This document shows, one piece after another, positions 40,901-55,900 of a stretch of DNA of 64,000 nt. This stretch comes from Eledone cirrhosa (taxonomy: Eukaryota), in assembly GCA_964016885.1 (NCBI GenBank), contig OZ024742.1, positions 290,718,001 to 290,782,000 of the forward strand. The letters run 5' to 3'. Below the pieces are notes generated by a model. It was not told where the DNA came from. It did no database searches and saw only the letters and a program-made list of their open reading frames with translations. The translations under genes and the position numbers were made by a program. Positions within the stretch are counted from its first letter, which is position 1. Each line of letters opens with the position of its first letter.

Positions 40901-43900
40901 AATACCTTGGCCATGACCTCGTTCCAGTAGATAGATAGATAGATGGATAGACAGATAATGTACACACACGCTCACACACAGATAATGTACACACTTGCAC
41001 ACACACACACACACATACATACATAATACTATTCTGCTATGTCAGTACCAGCCTTGTAAAATAGTATTTTTGTGTTTATTTTCAGGAGGGACTCCATCAA
41101 AGACAACTGTTCCTGATTCTCAAAAAAAACATTTGCCTCCTAGCACCAATCTGGTATATTCAAAAAATATTGATATCAAAATAATGCTTGATTTAATTTC
41201 GAATGTCTCTGTGAGTAAACAATTTTATATCAAATATTTAAATTTACTTATTCTATTTCAAATAATAAACTATTTATGTTGACTGAAACAGTAAAATGCA
41301 ACCTCTAAATTTTCTTCATATAACACTGTCAATCTTTTTAACCATTTTTCTACCAAACCAGCTGAAACTAACCCTGGTTGTATGATACAAAACTATTGGT
41401 TTTTCAAGCAATTATATTTATCTAAAAACCTTCCACCATATTTTATGCATAACCCTTAATTAAGAAACACCAGTTTAACCCTTTAGCATTCACATTAATT
41501 TTCAAATGTCATGCGTATCTATTCACATTATTTTGAGTTAATTATACTCAAGAGGGTTATCAATTTTAGCAGATTTGAAATTTTGTCAGCAGATGTTAAA
41601 ATATTAATAATTTAGAATTGTATATTTTTACTGATATTTGTTTGTTAAATTTGACTTTTATGGGCAGGTGAAATTAATTAACAGGTGTAAAAGTAATGAC
41701 TTTATGGATAATCACAAAAATTTAAATTTATCTAACTTACCTGTTAGATTTGTTACAAAAAATATTCAACAATGACCTAGATGTTGACTTCCAACAATTT
41801 TAGCACTTTTCCAAACAGGTGAATTAATTTAAAATGCAGTATAATCAGTGCACGGTTTTAGTCTGTCTCTACGTTTTATGCAAATATTTTCATTGAAAAA
41901 AATGTATAAAACCCTCTCCCCAGTCAAACTAATATTGGCAATGTACTCTTACACAATGTACTCAGTAGATTTAAAAAGAATGTGCTCAATATTTAAGTTC
42001 ATTATCAGGTGTGACACAGGTGAATGCAGGTGTTTTTGTATCTAATGTACTCCAATATATTTTTTAAATATTCTTTTCAATATTGTCAGACAATATTCCT
42101 ATCATGATATTGGCCAAAACAGCCTTTACATAATGGCACTTTGCAAAAGGAACACATAAACATGAGGTTTCAATTGGATAACCTTTAGCAGTTTTTCTCT
42201 TTTGTAAAGAGCACATTCGGCAAACCTTCCTCCCATCAATTTTCTCCACTTTATGAAAATCAATATTTCTTTGTTCACCTCAGATAATTTTGACTTTCTC
42301 CCAGCTTTGTGTTTGCGAGAAGTATATCCTCCACGCAGCTGAGATGCGACATCCACACAAAATTTCACGTGGCAGTAGTCCTTTGGTGGTGGCGGATCCT
42401 TGTGGCTTTTAGTGAATACAATAAAAGAATTCACAATGGTTAAATTCACTAAAAACCACAAGATATATCTCCACCATTTCTTCCCAGGGCGTCCAACTGG
42501 GTAATATGTGCAATATTGGTCGGATTTGTCAACCCCGCCCATACATTTATTATAGGAGAGGTTGACTAAAGGTTTACTTTCAGCCCCAACTCCTGGTTGT
42601 TGGTTAGAAGATAGGAACAAAATTTGCCGTTTGTCTTTGTACAATGTGGCTAACATGTTCCCTTTTTGCACTTGGAGAGTCTCCCCTCTCTTTTTAAATT
42701 TTGTGATTTTTATTTCTTGGGGTAGCCCTTTGCGATTCCCCATTATTGTACAGCAGGTGTACGTATTTACGAGGGCAAGATCCTCTGCTAGAAGCACTAA
42801 AGAAAAAAAACGGTCAAAATCTATGTGTCTGTGTTGAGAGTGGAATGGTTCAGTCAGAGACCACACAACATCATACCCAATCTATTTTTTCTCTCTCCGT
42901 TGTGTTTCTTTCCTGGGTAAACATCAAAGTTTGCACAGTAGCCTGTGTCCGATGAGGTTAGAAAAAGCTATCTCACTTACCGCTTTTCATAGGCGCCGCT
43001 AAATCCCACTGCTGGTTTCTCCTCTTCCACGTGCGTTCAACTTCTTAACACCGGGAGCTGCCAAAACTCGCATCACACTGTTGCTGGTCACCACTAGAGA
43101 GAGACCCATCTGCTGGCCCTTCCCGTCGAGCATCCTTCCTGCGAAGCACCCTTCCGGTCGAGCACTCGCCCGCTTCCGGCCACCGCACGCCACACCATAC
43201 CCACACGCCCCCCTGATCTCAAGGATCAATTTCCCCCTCGTCCTTCTGCATATGAAAGTCTGCTGTCCAGGTTGGTGGTTTACAACTTCTTTGCGATCTC
43301 CGCAGTGTTGGGGCAGCACTTTGGGTTTTCTCTTCCTCGGAGTCTGTTCACACAGTGATTCTATGGACATCCAGGACATGACGTGGTACTCCGTCCACGG
43401 ACACATTGTTCTGGGAATTTACGGCCGTCACCGTTCCCCTTCCCCATTGAGATGTGCAACGTGCACCTGGGGGCTTAACCCAGACTTCTTCGCCCACCTG
43501 CACGAATGCACTCTCTCTCCCCACTGGCCGTTGTGCACGGGCTCGCCACTCGTATCTGAATACTGCTCTGTGTGGCACCGATTCCTCGACCTGTCCCACC
43601 CGAGGGAACATGTTGTACCAGAACACTGCCTCCATTGGTGAGATATGGCCCCGCTCCGCCATTGCCTTGATCGTCTGGTGGTGTCGCTCCACAATTCCAA
43701 TCCCGCTCGGCCTGTGCGCTGCTCTGAAGAAACGGTCCACCTTCCATCCATCGAGCATCTCCCTCAGTGCCTCCGAGCGGAACGCTGCGCTGTTGTCCAT
43801 CAGCAGTTCGTCCACAGGGACCCGCTCCAAGAACACCTCTCTCAACGTCCGCATGATTTCCTCGGCCGTTCCAGTCTTCATCTCCCTCCATATCGCCATC

Positions 43901-46900
43901 CGTCCTGGTCCACAGTCGACCATCGAGAGGTACGTTCCCTGTTGGTAGTGCGTTACATCCACCTGCAATAGCTTCCAGTCGCGATACACCGGGAGGCTTC
44001 CCGTTTCGTGCACACCCGGGGCGGGATCAATGGACTGACATCGGACGCAGCCTCTAACCACCCTTTGAACACTGTGTCTGTTAACGTCCGAGTCGATTCT
44101 CCTGGCTAGGAACAGGCTCCTATCCACTCCCTTGTGGTGCATGTCATGCAACCCTTTCAGATCCGACTCGGTCAGCTGACACACGGCAGCTATCTCATCT
44201 TCTACCTACACCAGCGCTTCCATCCAGGCTTTCTTCACCCTAGTTAAGACGTCCGCCCTATTTTCCTCTGATGGCACAAAAACTACGCTCAGCCTCAGGT
44301 CGAACTCGGTGGCCAGCCCTCCTAAAATTCCCAGGCAGCGCTTTATCAGCATCTCCGCCGCCCCTCTCGTTCGCACTCTCTCTCACCCATCCGAGTACAG
44401 TAGCCGAGTTGGTGCGTATCTCAATAGTGCGCAGTCTCCACCTCAGGGCGAGGTTCACCCCTCTCAACACTGCGTCCAGTTCGGCCACATTGATGTGGTT
44501 GCAGTCGTCCTTCTTCCTAAGCCAGGCTGCATCCTCGACCTCAACACCTCCTATCTCCAACATGACACCCAGCGCTATGCTGCTGGCATTGCACCATACG
44601 GTCCCGCTCTGCGATTTGGGAACATACCAGCGTCCCCGCACTGGGTCGTCGGCCTTCACCCACCCCACGATCTCCTGCATCATGGCCACCGTCCTCTCTC
44701 CCACTCTGTCACTCCAAGTCACTCCTCTCGCTCGTGTCTTGACATAGCTGCATGCCGTCCGGAGCCACCCAGCAATCGGGTAGTGACCCACCAACTTTCC
44801 ACACACCGAGAAAAGCACCTGCCTACTCATACTTGGACCCAGTTCTGGAACTTCATTTCCCTTCTGGAATACCAAGACGCCGTCCTGTCTCGCCGTAGCC
44901 TGAGTCCCGGCGCGGCTCCTCCCTCCTAAGCTTCTGAGGGCTTCACAGCCAGTCCATACCCCTGTAAATGGCTTGTGACCTCCGCCGCCGACACCACAGA
45001 CTTGTCCACTAGGACGTCATCAATATAGAAGTTAGTGGCCCTCTTCATCTTGTCGGCCTTTCCCAGAATGGTCTTGAGGACCGCCGCCATGATCTTCAGT
45101 GCGGAGCTCAGCCCAAAACCGAGCCTGGTCAGGCAATATGTCCGGCCCTTATACCTGACCAGCTGATACTGCCAAAGCTTCTCATCTATATGCTATTGCA
45201 AGTATGCCGACTTTAGATATACGATTGCTGAACCCTCCGTCATGCGTCTCCAATCACGCAGGGTTTCCCCACAGACATCCGTGACCTCGCAACCCGTGTG
45301 GCATGACACGTGCTCGTTCAGTTCCCGAAAGTCCAGCATCGGCATCACCTTGTTCTTCGTGGGTTTCGCCATCGCCATTAATGGCAATACTCCGCACTTC
45401 ACCTCCTCTTTCCAGGGAAGCAGTATGCCCTCCCCAATCCATCTCTCTACCTCTCGCTCGAACTTTCTCCTAATGTTTCCCTTCAATGTGTGTTGATAGC
45501 AGCCCACTTTGGACTTCAGTGTTGGTGGTTCTCCCTTCCAGTACCACTCAACAACCCATCGAACACGGCCTTGAAGTCTTTGTCCTGCACAGTGTAAGTG
45601 GGGTATTTCTCCTCGTGGGCCTTCTGGTTATCCTGTCGCGCACTCACAGCGCATACCGATGCAGCGACGCCAAACGACACACCGACGTTGTTCACTGTGA
45701 CGCCTCCTAGACGGCCAATTGCGTCCATGCACATAACCACGCCGATCCCATCCACCACGCTGTCTACTACGATGGCAGAAAGCCTTAATTTCCTTCGCCG
45801 TACCGCTATTTCCATCTCGCTGCGACCTTGGCATTCAATTTTCCTGCCATCGACTGCCCTTACGCTGCTCTTCCCTCTCCACCTCTGCACCACCCCTGCG
45901 GTCACCAGTGTCATCGTACAGCCCATGTCCACGAGGGCTCGCTCTGGCTTTCCCGTCACGAAGACTTCCACCACGGGCAGCGCCTCTACTCGTAAGGGGC
46001 AACTACCGGCGCAGTAGTTCTCCTTGGATCATTTCCCTGGTAGCAGTTAGTAGCGATGTGGCCTGGTCGCTTATACCGGTAGCATATTATTTCCGGCCTT
46101 GACTCTCTGCAGTCTCTAGCCATGTGCGGACCCTGGCACCGAAAACAGCGACCTCTAAACGTTCGCGGGCGACCGCGTGCCGTGGTTGCCTCCCTTTCAC
46201 CATTTCGCTGCCAGCTGTCTTGAGCCTCTGTAGTTGCTATCGCCGCGACATTCTTCTTGGCATCTTCTGCTATGATCCGGGCTTGTTCCACCAGTGAACG
46301 CATTTCCATTTCTTTGTAACCTGGGACTTGCTGCAGTTTCACCGCTTTGTCGTCTGGAAATCCATTTATGAAGGCCAACCGCACCGTGCATTCACATTCC
46401 ACCTGATATCCAGCCAACATGGCCAATTGCCGTATTTCCGCTGCAATCGAAAGGTTGTGAGTTCAATTCTCAGACTGAGTGATGTGTTGTTTCCTTGAGT
46501 AAGACACTTTATTTCACATTGCTCCAGTTTACTCAGCTGTAGAAATGAGATGATAGGGACTGGGGTCCCTATCATTCTACTGTAAAGTGGACGTGTAGGT
46601 GCCACGGAAAAAAAAAAGCACCCAGCACTCACTGTAAATGAGGTTAGTGTTAGGAAGGCCATCCAGCTGTAGAAATCAAGCCAGAATCAGTTCCCGTCCC
46701 ACCCTTGCAAGCAGGGAAAAAGCGGACGTATAATGAAATGATGATGATGATGATATTGTCTGAAATGTACTCTACCCTTATACCCAATCATAGCTTCATC
46801 AACACTAAGATTTTTCCCAGGTATATATACTGTTTTAAATTTTTCACATAGTATTTTAATTAATGGTTGAACTTTATAAAGAGGGTCATAATTCAATTCA

Positions 46901-49900
46901 TTTCTATCGGGGACATTTGAAGTATCAACCAGATGCAAATACTGGTTTAATTTTAAATACCTTGTTTTTGCCATAATACTTGATATATAAGGGTCACTAA
47001 ACCTTATATCAGTGCTCCAGTAATTCCATAGTCTTGGAAATTGTTTTATACCAAACATAATATTTATGGTAAAAAACGCTTGCATCTCCGCAGCATCTGT
47101 CAGTCGCCATAACAGATCGGGTTTTCTTCGATTTGAAATTTGTTGTTGGGCATATCAATTAGTTTCTTTTGCCACAACTTTGAAGAAAGTTTGTGGCAAA
47201 AACAAAAAGAAATAATCCAGTGCTTTAGCATCAAGAGGTAATGTGTGTTGTGGACCAGTATTTTCAATAAAATCGGAAACATGTATAGGTGTGGTATTTG
47301 TCGACCACGTTGCTGTAATATCTTCAATGGCGTCCTGGAGATCTCCTTTGTTTTCACTTTCAAAACAACAATCATCGTCGGATGAAATTTCAGAAATGTA
47401 AACATCTGATTGATTTGAGGATAAATCACTAATATTATCTTTTGTTTCATCGTGTGTAAAACCTTCAAAGTCGGTATCGCTACTTTCACAAGCCATGTTG
47501 ATACACACAAAAAAAATCAGTTCTACTTTCAATGTTAAAAAAACACGTGTTGTTTCAAGTTGTTTCACTATGTTAAGTGTTAATTTTTGCAATAATTGCC
47601 TAATCTTGCAGTAATCTCGAATTGACGAGATTTTGATGACGTATTGTTTATTTTTAGAACAATATTTTAGTGTGGGTATTATTGGCCGTTTGGGGCCGGA
47701 TTGAACAAATGAAGAAGAAATAATTGCGGCCGGTTTGGACTGGTTTGAACACTAAAGGGTTAATAATCTCTTCTTTTTACTCCTTTTGTCCTTAATATCT
47801 GCTTTGTGTGTATTGTGGAAGGAGATAACTGTGAATGATATGTTTCTAGGTCATGTGATTAGAAGCTAAATCAGACTATTGGTGATGGTCAATGTGACAT
47901 TCTTGAAAGGATTTCTTCATAGAATCCTTGTATCTTTCTTAATGTAATTACATTAATGACACCAGTCTTCCAATACTCTATATATGAGTCTAATAATACT
48001 AACATAATTATTACCTCCTCCTACTCCTTCTCTTCATCATCATCATTTAACATCTATTTTCCCTGCTTAGGTTGGACGGGTTGTCACAGACTAAGTATGT
48101 ACTTAGTTGATGCCATTAACCTTTCAGACAAGCTGGGAAACTAAATCTTGCTTACATACATTCCCGCATTGGGTGTCTTATTTTGGGACAGCAATAAAGA
48201 GGTTGCATGTCTTTGACATGACTAATAAATCCTCTTGACCCTTTGTTTAGTAATTTCTTTTTTTCAGCTTGATACCCTTTCTTTCACCAACCAGTTCACA
48301 GAATATACCGTATGCATTTTATCATGCCACTAATACTACAGAGATTGATCTGTCATTGACACAACTGACGAGTCCTTTTGACACATAACAACAATATGTA
48401 ATTATTTTCAGTGTCCAAATTTCTTAGCTGTTACCCTAATTTACTCTTGTAGGTTGATGTTATTGTTAACAGCACCAATAAAGAACTCAATCTTAATTCT
48501 GGTGGTATCTCCAAATTTATTTTGCAAACTGCTGGTCCACAGATACAAGAAGAGTGCAATGCAAATTATCCTCAAGGTATTTCTACATCTACAATAGCCG
48601 TCACAAAGGGCTATAACCTGAAATGTGAATATGTATTTCATGTTTGTTTACCTGAATGGCATAAAGATAAATCTGATGAAGTAAGTATCAATTAAATACC
48701 ATATCATCACCATCATCAACGTCTCCCCCACCACCACAACCCCCACCACCACAACCCCCACCACCACCACCATTGACATTATTGCCATCATTATTTTCCA
48801 TTCATTTGGGCGGTGGATTAGCAGTATCGGTAGAGAGTCGGACGCCATGCTTTCCAATATAGTTACGTCCCTTTACGGTCTGAGTTCAAATCCCGCCGAC
48901 GTTAACTTTGTCTTTCATCCTATGGGATCGATAAAATAAAGTACCAGTAATGTACTGGGTAATTTACTGGTCTTGTGCCAAAAGTAGAAACAGTTATTTT
49001 CCATTCACTTTCAATGTTGACATAGGTTGGACAGATTGTCAGGGTTTGAGCTTTAAGAATCTCTTCAACAAACATAACACTAGAATACTGGTTACCAAAG
49101 TAAGTTTTCTGGGTTGTCTCCAATGATTTTTTAGAAAACTAGAATTAGTCCTTTAGTTTACATATTGAGACACCAAACCATCGTATTCATTCTATAATGT
49201 ATGGGATTTCTAGTAATGAATTTTTTCTTGCCATGTATAATGTTTTTTAATGTCTAAAGAAAATTAATTGTCGCAGGAATGCTACCACTTAAAATAAAAT
49301 TTCACCAGGAATAGATTATGAAAATTTAATAAGCAGGGGATTGGAAAAAATCTGAAAAATTAATAAGTGGTGGGGATTGATTATTTGAGACACCTGAGAA
49401 TATATGAATTAAATGTATACAAACTACAAGACAGATGAACACGTAATCATAAATTTGCATCACACCAAACCATAAATTAACAGTTACAATGTACTAAAAT
49501 GAATAAACTCCTTATTAACAGTATACAAACCTAGAAATGAATAACACGATTTATTCATTTGGTTACAAAAATGAAAGTTATAAACTTCATGAAAGCAACT
49601 GTTACATTGGCCATTAATGTATAACACACACATGAATGCTCACCATGCATTTACAAGAAGGAGAAATAGCAGCACACTACACCACACACCATAAAATAAA
49701 GCTGGATAGGAGAACATTAATGAGAATACATCTGTATTATAGAGGATTCTAAACAAAAAAAAAAACATTTAATCATGGAAGAGATCAATATACATCATCA
49801 TCATCATTGTCGTCATTTAAAGTCTATTTTCTCAGTCAAATGCTAATGAGACAAACAACATACACATGTCATAAACATGAGACTTATCAGGTAGAAGTCT

Positions 49901-52900
49901 AATGGTCATATTTTAAGATTCATGTTCTGGTAAGAAAGCCATAGAATGCTGGAAAAGTAGGAACTGCATAAAATTTCATAAAGTATATTTGCCTACTTAA
50001 AAGAGGCAGTAAAAGTAAACCAGCAACATTCCTCATAATGAGACTGTATATAATCATCATCATCACTTTAAATCTAATTTTCCACGCTGGGTCAGATGGG
50101 TCCTTTTCAGCACAGCCACTTTCTACTTGCTGCAATCTTTTATTGTCTCTACTATGAGTTTCAGTGATTTGAGATCAGCTCTTATGACTTCTGCTCAGGT
50201 CTTCCTTGGTTTACCTCCACTGTGGCTTCCTTCCACTGGGATTTCTTGGCACTTCTTCACCTAGCAATCATCATCTATTCACATCACATGTCTATACAAG
50301 CTCAGTCTTCTCTTCTGAATATATCTGTTTCCTCTTATACTTAGTTTCTATCTCAGTTCATAAATGCTTAGTTTCTCATGCATATTAATATTGCACGTCC
50401 ATGAAAGCATGATTACTTCATTTCTCTCCAGCCTTCACATACCCTCTGCAGTAACTGCTCAAGTTTCACTACCAGGCAAGATTTTCAGATAGCATACAGG
50501 CATCATACACCTGACCTTTCATTCCTAGAGAGAAACAACTTCTTGTCAACAGGGGTAGTAACTCTCTAAACTTCTTCCATCCTGTTCTTATTCTAGTTAC
50601 TATGCTCCTTGAACACCCACCTCCTCTGCTAATTTTGTCACCTAGATAGCAGTAGCTATTAACCACCTCTACATATCCTACATAAAATTGAAAAGGGTGT
50701 ATATCTTTGACACTCTTACTATCAATTTTCCCTGAACATCTATTACATACAAAGTCTTTTTTCTTGTTAGTCTGCCTGTTACCCTGCTACACTTTTTATG
50801 TACCAAAGATTTACATTGTGTTCATAGTATAGAATTTCTACCTACTCATTTTCTACATATCAAGCATGGCTATTTTCCCTGTGGGATCAGAGCCTTGTCT
50901 TATTTCTACTTATTAACACTTTGGTTCTTGCTAGGTTTACTCACAGCTCTTTTGTTTCTAAGTTCTGTTTCCACAGACTAAAATTGTCCTCTAGTTCTTT
51001 TGTGGATTCAGCTATAAGAACCAGATCATTGGTATACAGAAATTCCCATGGGCAATCCATTTTAAACTCCTTTGTTATGGCCTGAAGGACAGAAGTTGGC
51101 TGAGATCTGAGTTCTGATGTACTCCTACCTGTACTTTAAATTCCTTGCTAAACTTACTTCCTACTCGCACTTTACTAACAGCTCCTCTGTACATCACTTG
51201 CAATGCTCTCACAAGCCATTCTTCTACACCTAATTTCCTTAAGGGCCACCAGATGATAAATTGTGGTATTCTGCCAAAAGCTTTCTTCAGCTTAACAAAA
51301 GCTTGATGTAGAGGCTTACTCTTAGCTAAGAACTTCTCTTGTAGTTGTCTCATCTGTAGTACTCCTCCCTGGCACACAATATTGTTGGTTACTGCCTTGT
51401 TGGGACTTGTTGTACTGTTGGTTACTGCCTTGTTGGGACTTGCTGTACTGTTGGTTACTGCCTTGTTGGAACTTGCTGTACTGTTGGTTACTGCCTTGTT
51501 GGGACTTGCTGTACTGTTGGTTACTGCCTTGTTGGGACTTGCTGTACTGTTGGTTACTGCATTGTTGGGACTTGCTGTACTGTTGGTTACTGCCTTGTTG
51601 GGACTTGCTGTACTGTTGGTTACTGCCTTGTTGGGACTTGCTGTACTGTTGGTTACTGCCTTGTTGGAACTTGCTGTACTGTTGGTTACTGCCTTGTTGG
51701 TTACTGCCTTGTTGGTTACTACCTTGTTGGGACTTGCTGTACTGTTGGTTACTGCCTTGTTGGTACTTGCTGTATTGTTGGTTGCTGCCTTGTTGGAACT
51801 TGCTGTACTGTTGGTTACTGCCTTGTTGGTTGCTGCCTTGTTGGAACTTGCTGTACTGTTGGTTACTGCCTTGTTGGGACTTGCTGTACTGTTGGTTACT
51901 GCCTTGTTGGGACTTGCTGTACTGTTGGTTACTGCCTTGTTGGGACTTGCTGTATTGTTGGTTACTGCCTTGTTGGTTACTACCTTGTTGGGACTTGCTG
52001 TACTGTTGGTTACTGCCTTGTTGGTTACTGCCTTGTTGGTTACTACCTTGTTGGGACTTGCTGTACTGTTGGTTACTGCCTTGTTGGTACTTGCTGTATT
52101 GTTGGTTGCTGCCTTGTTGGAACTTGCTGTACTGTTGGTTACTGCCTTGTTGGTTGCTGCCTTGTTGGAACTTGCTGTACTGTTGGTTACTGCCTTGTTG
52201 GGACTTGCTGTACTGTTGGTTACTGCCTTGTTGGTTGCTGCCTTGTTGGAACTTGCTGTACTGTTGGTTACTGCCTTGTTGGGACTTGCTGTACTGTTGG
52301 TTACTGCCTTGTTGGTTGCTGCCTTGTTGGAACTTGCTGTACTGTTGGTTACTGCCTTGTTGGGACTTGCTGTACTGTTGGTTACTGCCTTGTTGGGACT
52401 TGCTGTACTGTTGGTTACTGCCTTGTTGGTTGCTGCCTTGTTGGATCTTGCTGTACTGTTGGTTACTGCCTTGTTGGGACTTGCTGTACTGTTGGTTACT
52501 GCCTTGTTGGTTGCTGCCTTGTTGGAACTTGCTGTACTGTTGGTTACTGCCTTGTTGGGACTTGCTGTACTGTTGGTTACTGCCTTGTTGGGACTTGCTG
52601 TACTGTTGGTTACTGCCTTGTTGGTTGCTGCCTTGTTGGAACTTGCTGTACTGTTGGTTACTGCCTTGTTGGGACTTGCTGTACTGTTGGTTACTGCCTT
52701 GTTGGAACTTGCTGTACTGTTGGTTACTGCCTTGTTGGGACTTGCTGTACTGTTGGTTACTGCCTTGTTGGGACTTGCTGTACTGTTGGTTACTGCCTTG
52801 TTGGGACTTGCTGTACTGTTGGTTACTGCCTTGTTGGGACTTGCTGTACTGTTGGTTACTGCCTTGTTGGTACTTGCTGTATTGTTGGTTGCTGCCTTGT

Positions 52901-55900
52901 TGGAACTTGCTGTACTGTTGGTTACTGCCTTGTTGGTTGCTGCCTTGTTGGAACTTGCTGTACTGTTGGTTACTGCCTTGTTGGGACTTGCTGTACTGTT
53001 GGTTACTGCCTTGTTGGTTGCTGCCTTGTTGGAACTTGCTGTACTGTTGGTTACTGCCTTGTTGGGACTTGCTGTACTGTTGGTTACTGCCTTGTTGGTT
53101 GCTGCCTTGTTGGAACTTGCTGTACTGTTGGTTACTGCCTTGTTGGGACTTGCTGTACTGTCGGTTACTGCCTTGTTGGTTGCTGCCTTGTTGGAACTTG
53201 CTGTACTGTTGGTTACTGCCTTGTTGGGACTTGCTGTACTGTTGGTTACTGCCTTGTTGGGACTTGCTGTACTGTTGGTTACTGCCTTGTTGGGACTTGC
53301 TGTACTGTTGGTTACTGCCTTGTTGGGACTTGCTGTACTGTTGGTTACTGCCTTGTTGGGACTTGCTGTACTGTTGGTTACTGCCTTGTTGGAACTTGCT
53401 GTACTGTTGGTTACTGCCTTGTTGGGACTTGCTGTACTGTTGGTTACTGCCTTGTTGGGACTTGCTGTACTGTTGGTTACTGCCTTGTTGGGACTTGCTG
53501 TACTGTTGGTTACTGCCTTGTTGGAACTTGCTGTACTGTTGGTTACTGCCTTGTTGGGACTTGCTGTACTGTTGGTTACTGCCTTGTTGGGACTTGCTGT
53601 ACTGTTGGTTACTGCCTTGTTGGGACTTGCTGTACTGTTGGTTACTGCCTTGTTGGGACTTGCTGTACTGTTGGTTACTGCCTTGTTGGTACTTGCTGTA
53701 CTGTTGGTTACTGCCTTGTTGGTTACTGCCTTGTTGGAACTTGCTGTACTGTTGGTTACTGCCTTGTTGGGACTTGCTGTACTGTTGGTTACTGCCTTGT
53801 TGGTTACTGCCTTGTTGGAACTTGCTGTATTGTTGGTTGCTGCGTTGTTGGAACTTGCTGTACTGTTGGTTACTGCCTTGTTGGGACTTGCTGTACTGTT
53901 GGTTACTGCCTTGTTGGGACTTGCTGTACTGTTGGTTACTGCCTTGTTGGGACTTGCTGTACTGTTGGTTACTGCCTTGTTGGAACTTGCTGTACTGTTG
54001 GTTACTGCCTTGTTGGTTACTGCCTTGTTGGAACTTGCTGTACTGTTGGTTACTGCCTTGTTGGGACTTGCTGTACTGTTGGTTACTGCCTTGTTGGTTA
54101 CTGCCTTGTTGGAACTTGCTGTATTGTTGGTTGCTGCGTTGTTGGAACTTGCTGTACTGTTGGTTACTGCCTTGTTGGAACTTGCTGTACTGTTGGTTAC
54201 TGCCTTGTTGGGACTTGCTGTACTGTTGGTTACTGCCTTGTTGGTTACTGCCTTGTTGGGACTTGCTGTATTGTTGGTTGCTGCGTTGTTGGAACTTGCT
54301 GTACTGTTGGTTACTGCCTTGTTGGGACTTGCTGTACTGTTGGTTACTGCCTTGTTGGGACTTGCTGTACTGTTGGTTACTGCCTTGTTGGAACTTGCTG
54401 TACTGTTGGTACTTGCTGTACTGTTGGTTACTGCCTTGTTGGGACTTGTTGTACTGTTGGTTACTGGCTTGTTGGAACTTGCTGTACTGTTGGTTACTGC
54501 CTTGTTGGGACTTGCTGTACTGTTGGTTACTGCCTTGTTGGGACTTGCTGTACTGTTGGTTACTGCCTTGTTGGTTACTGCCTTGTTGGTTACTACCTTG
54601 TTGGGAGTGACTTCCAAAAAACATGTCATAGTAAGATGTTAATTGCCAATTAACTCTAAAGGCCTTGTACTGCATGAAACTACATTGAACATTTTTGAAA
54701 TGTACAAAACAGCACTACGAGTGCAGAAAATAAAAAAAAGTATTTTACTACAATACTGCGAATGTTCATAATTATCATCATTATCATCATTGTTTAACGT
54801 CCATCTTCTATACTAGCATGGGTAGGACGGGCTGTCCCTTTGTGAGAGATCAGGTTGGAGGACTGTGATTTGCTGACACAGAACTGATTTTGACTTCATT
54901 TCTACGGTTGGATACCCTTCCTAATGCCAACCACATTTACAGTGTGTGCTGGGTGCTTTTTGTTGTGACATCTATACGACCTCTTTATAGTGAGGACTGA
55001 GTGCTTTTGTCGTGACACCTACATGACCACTATATAGCTCTTTCACAATGTATCCAGCAATAAAGATACTATATGTATGTGAATTAACAAACTTGTTTTT
55101 AGATATTTTCTGCTAAATCATTACAGGATGGCAAGAGTTAACATAACATCCTGTACCACATGAAAGCACATTAGCAAGACACTCTTGAAAAGCACAAATC
55201 TGTGCTATGACCACATCACATTAAAAATTAAAATCTTCACTCTTTGTCACAGCAATCTGTTCACTAGTAAAGATACTATAAACAATTGAATTAACAAATT
55301 TATTTTTAGATATTTTCTGCTAAATAATTTCAGGATGTTAAAAGTTAATGAACCATAATTTGTTTTTAGATTTTGATGAGCTTAAACAATATAATACTCA
55401 CTTGTCTACAAACTGCTGAGGAAAGGGGAGCCAAAAGCATTGCATTCCCTATATTAGGGGAAGGAATCTTGAAATACCCTCTTGGTGAACTACCTTCAAC
55501 CATGTATGATGCCGTGAAAACATACTCACATAGTAATACAAGGCAGATTGATGTTGTCAACTTTGTTATTTTACCTACAGATTCAAACTTAATAGAGGTT
55601 GGTTGATTTATTTTGTTTTTATTGTATTTTTGATTCTCTTGATATTCTTAATTCTTTTTCTTGTTATATGTTGTAACCATAGTTACTATTATTAGATTGC
55701 AGTCATGGTTATAGAAATTAGACTATGCCCATGGTTACAGTTATTAAATTGTAGCCATGGTTAGTTATTAAACTAGTTATGTTTACAGTTTTTGAATTGG
55801 CCATTGTTACAATCATTAGACTGCTGCCATGCTTGGGCACCACCTTAAACAGATTTAGTACTTATCTATGTTGCTCAAGGGTTGGATGAATCAGTACAGT

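Larger units (their letters stand above)
41479..47759 (-). mobile_element. piggyBac transposon with nested Gypsy and SINE, unit 2
   Basis: Copy of 13932-20295; TTAA at 41475-41478 and 47760-47763. Confidence 0.9.
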
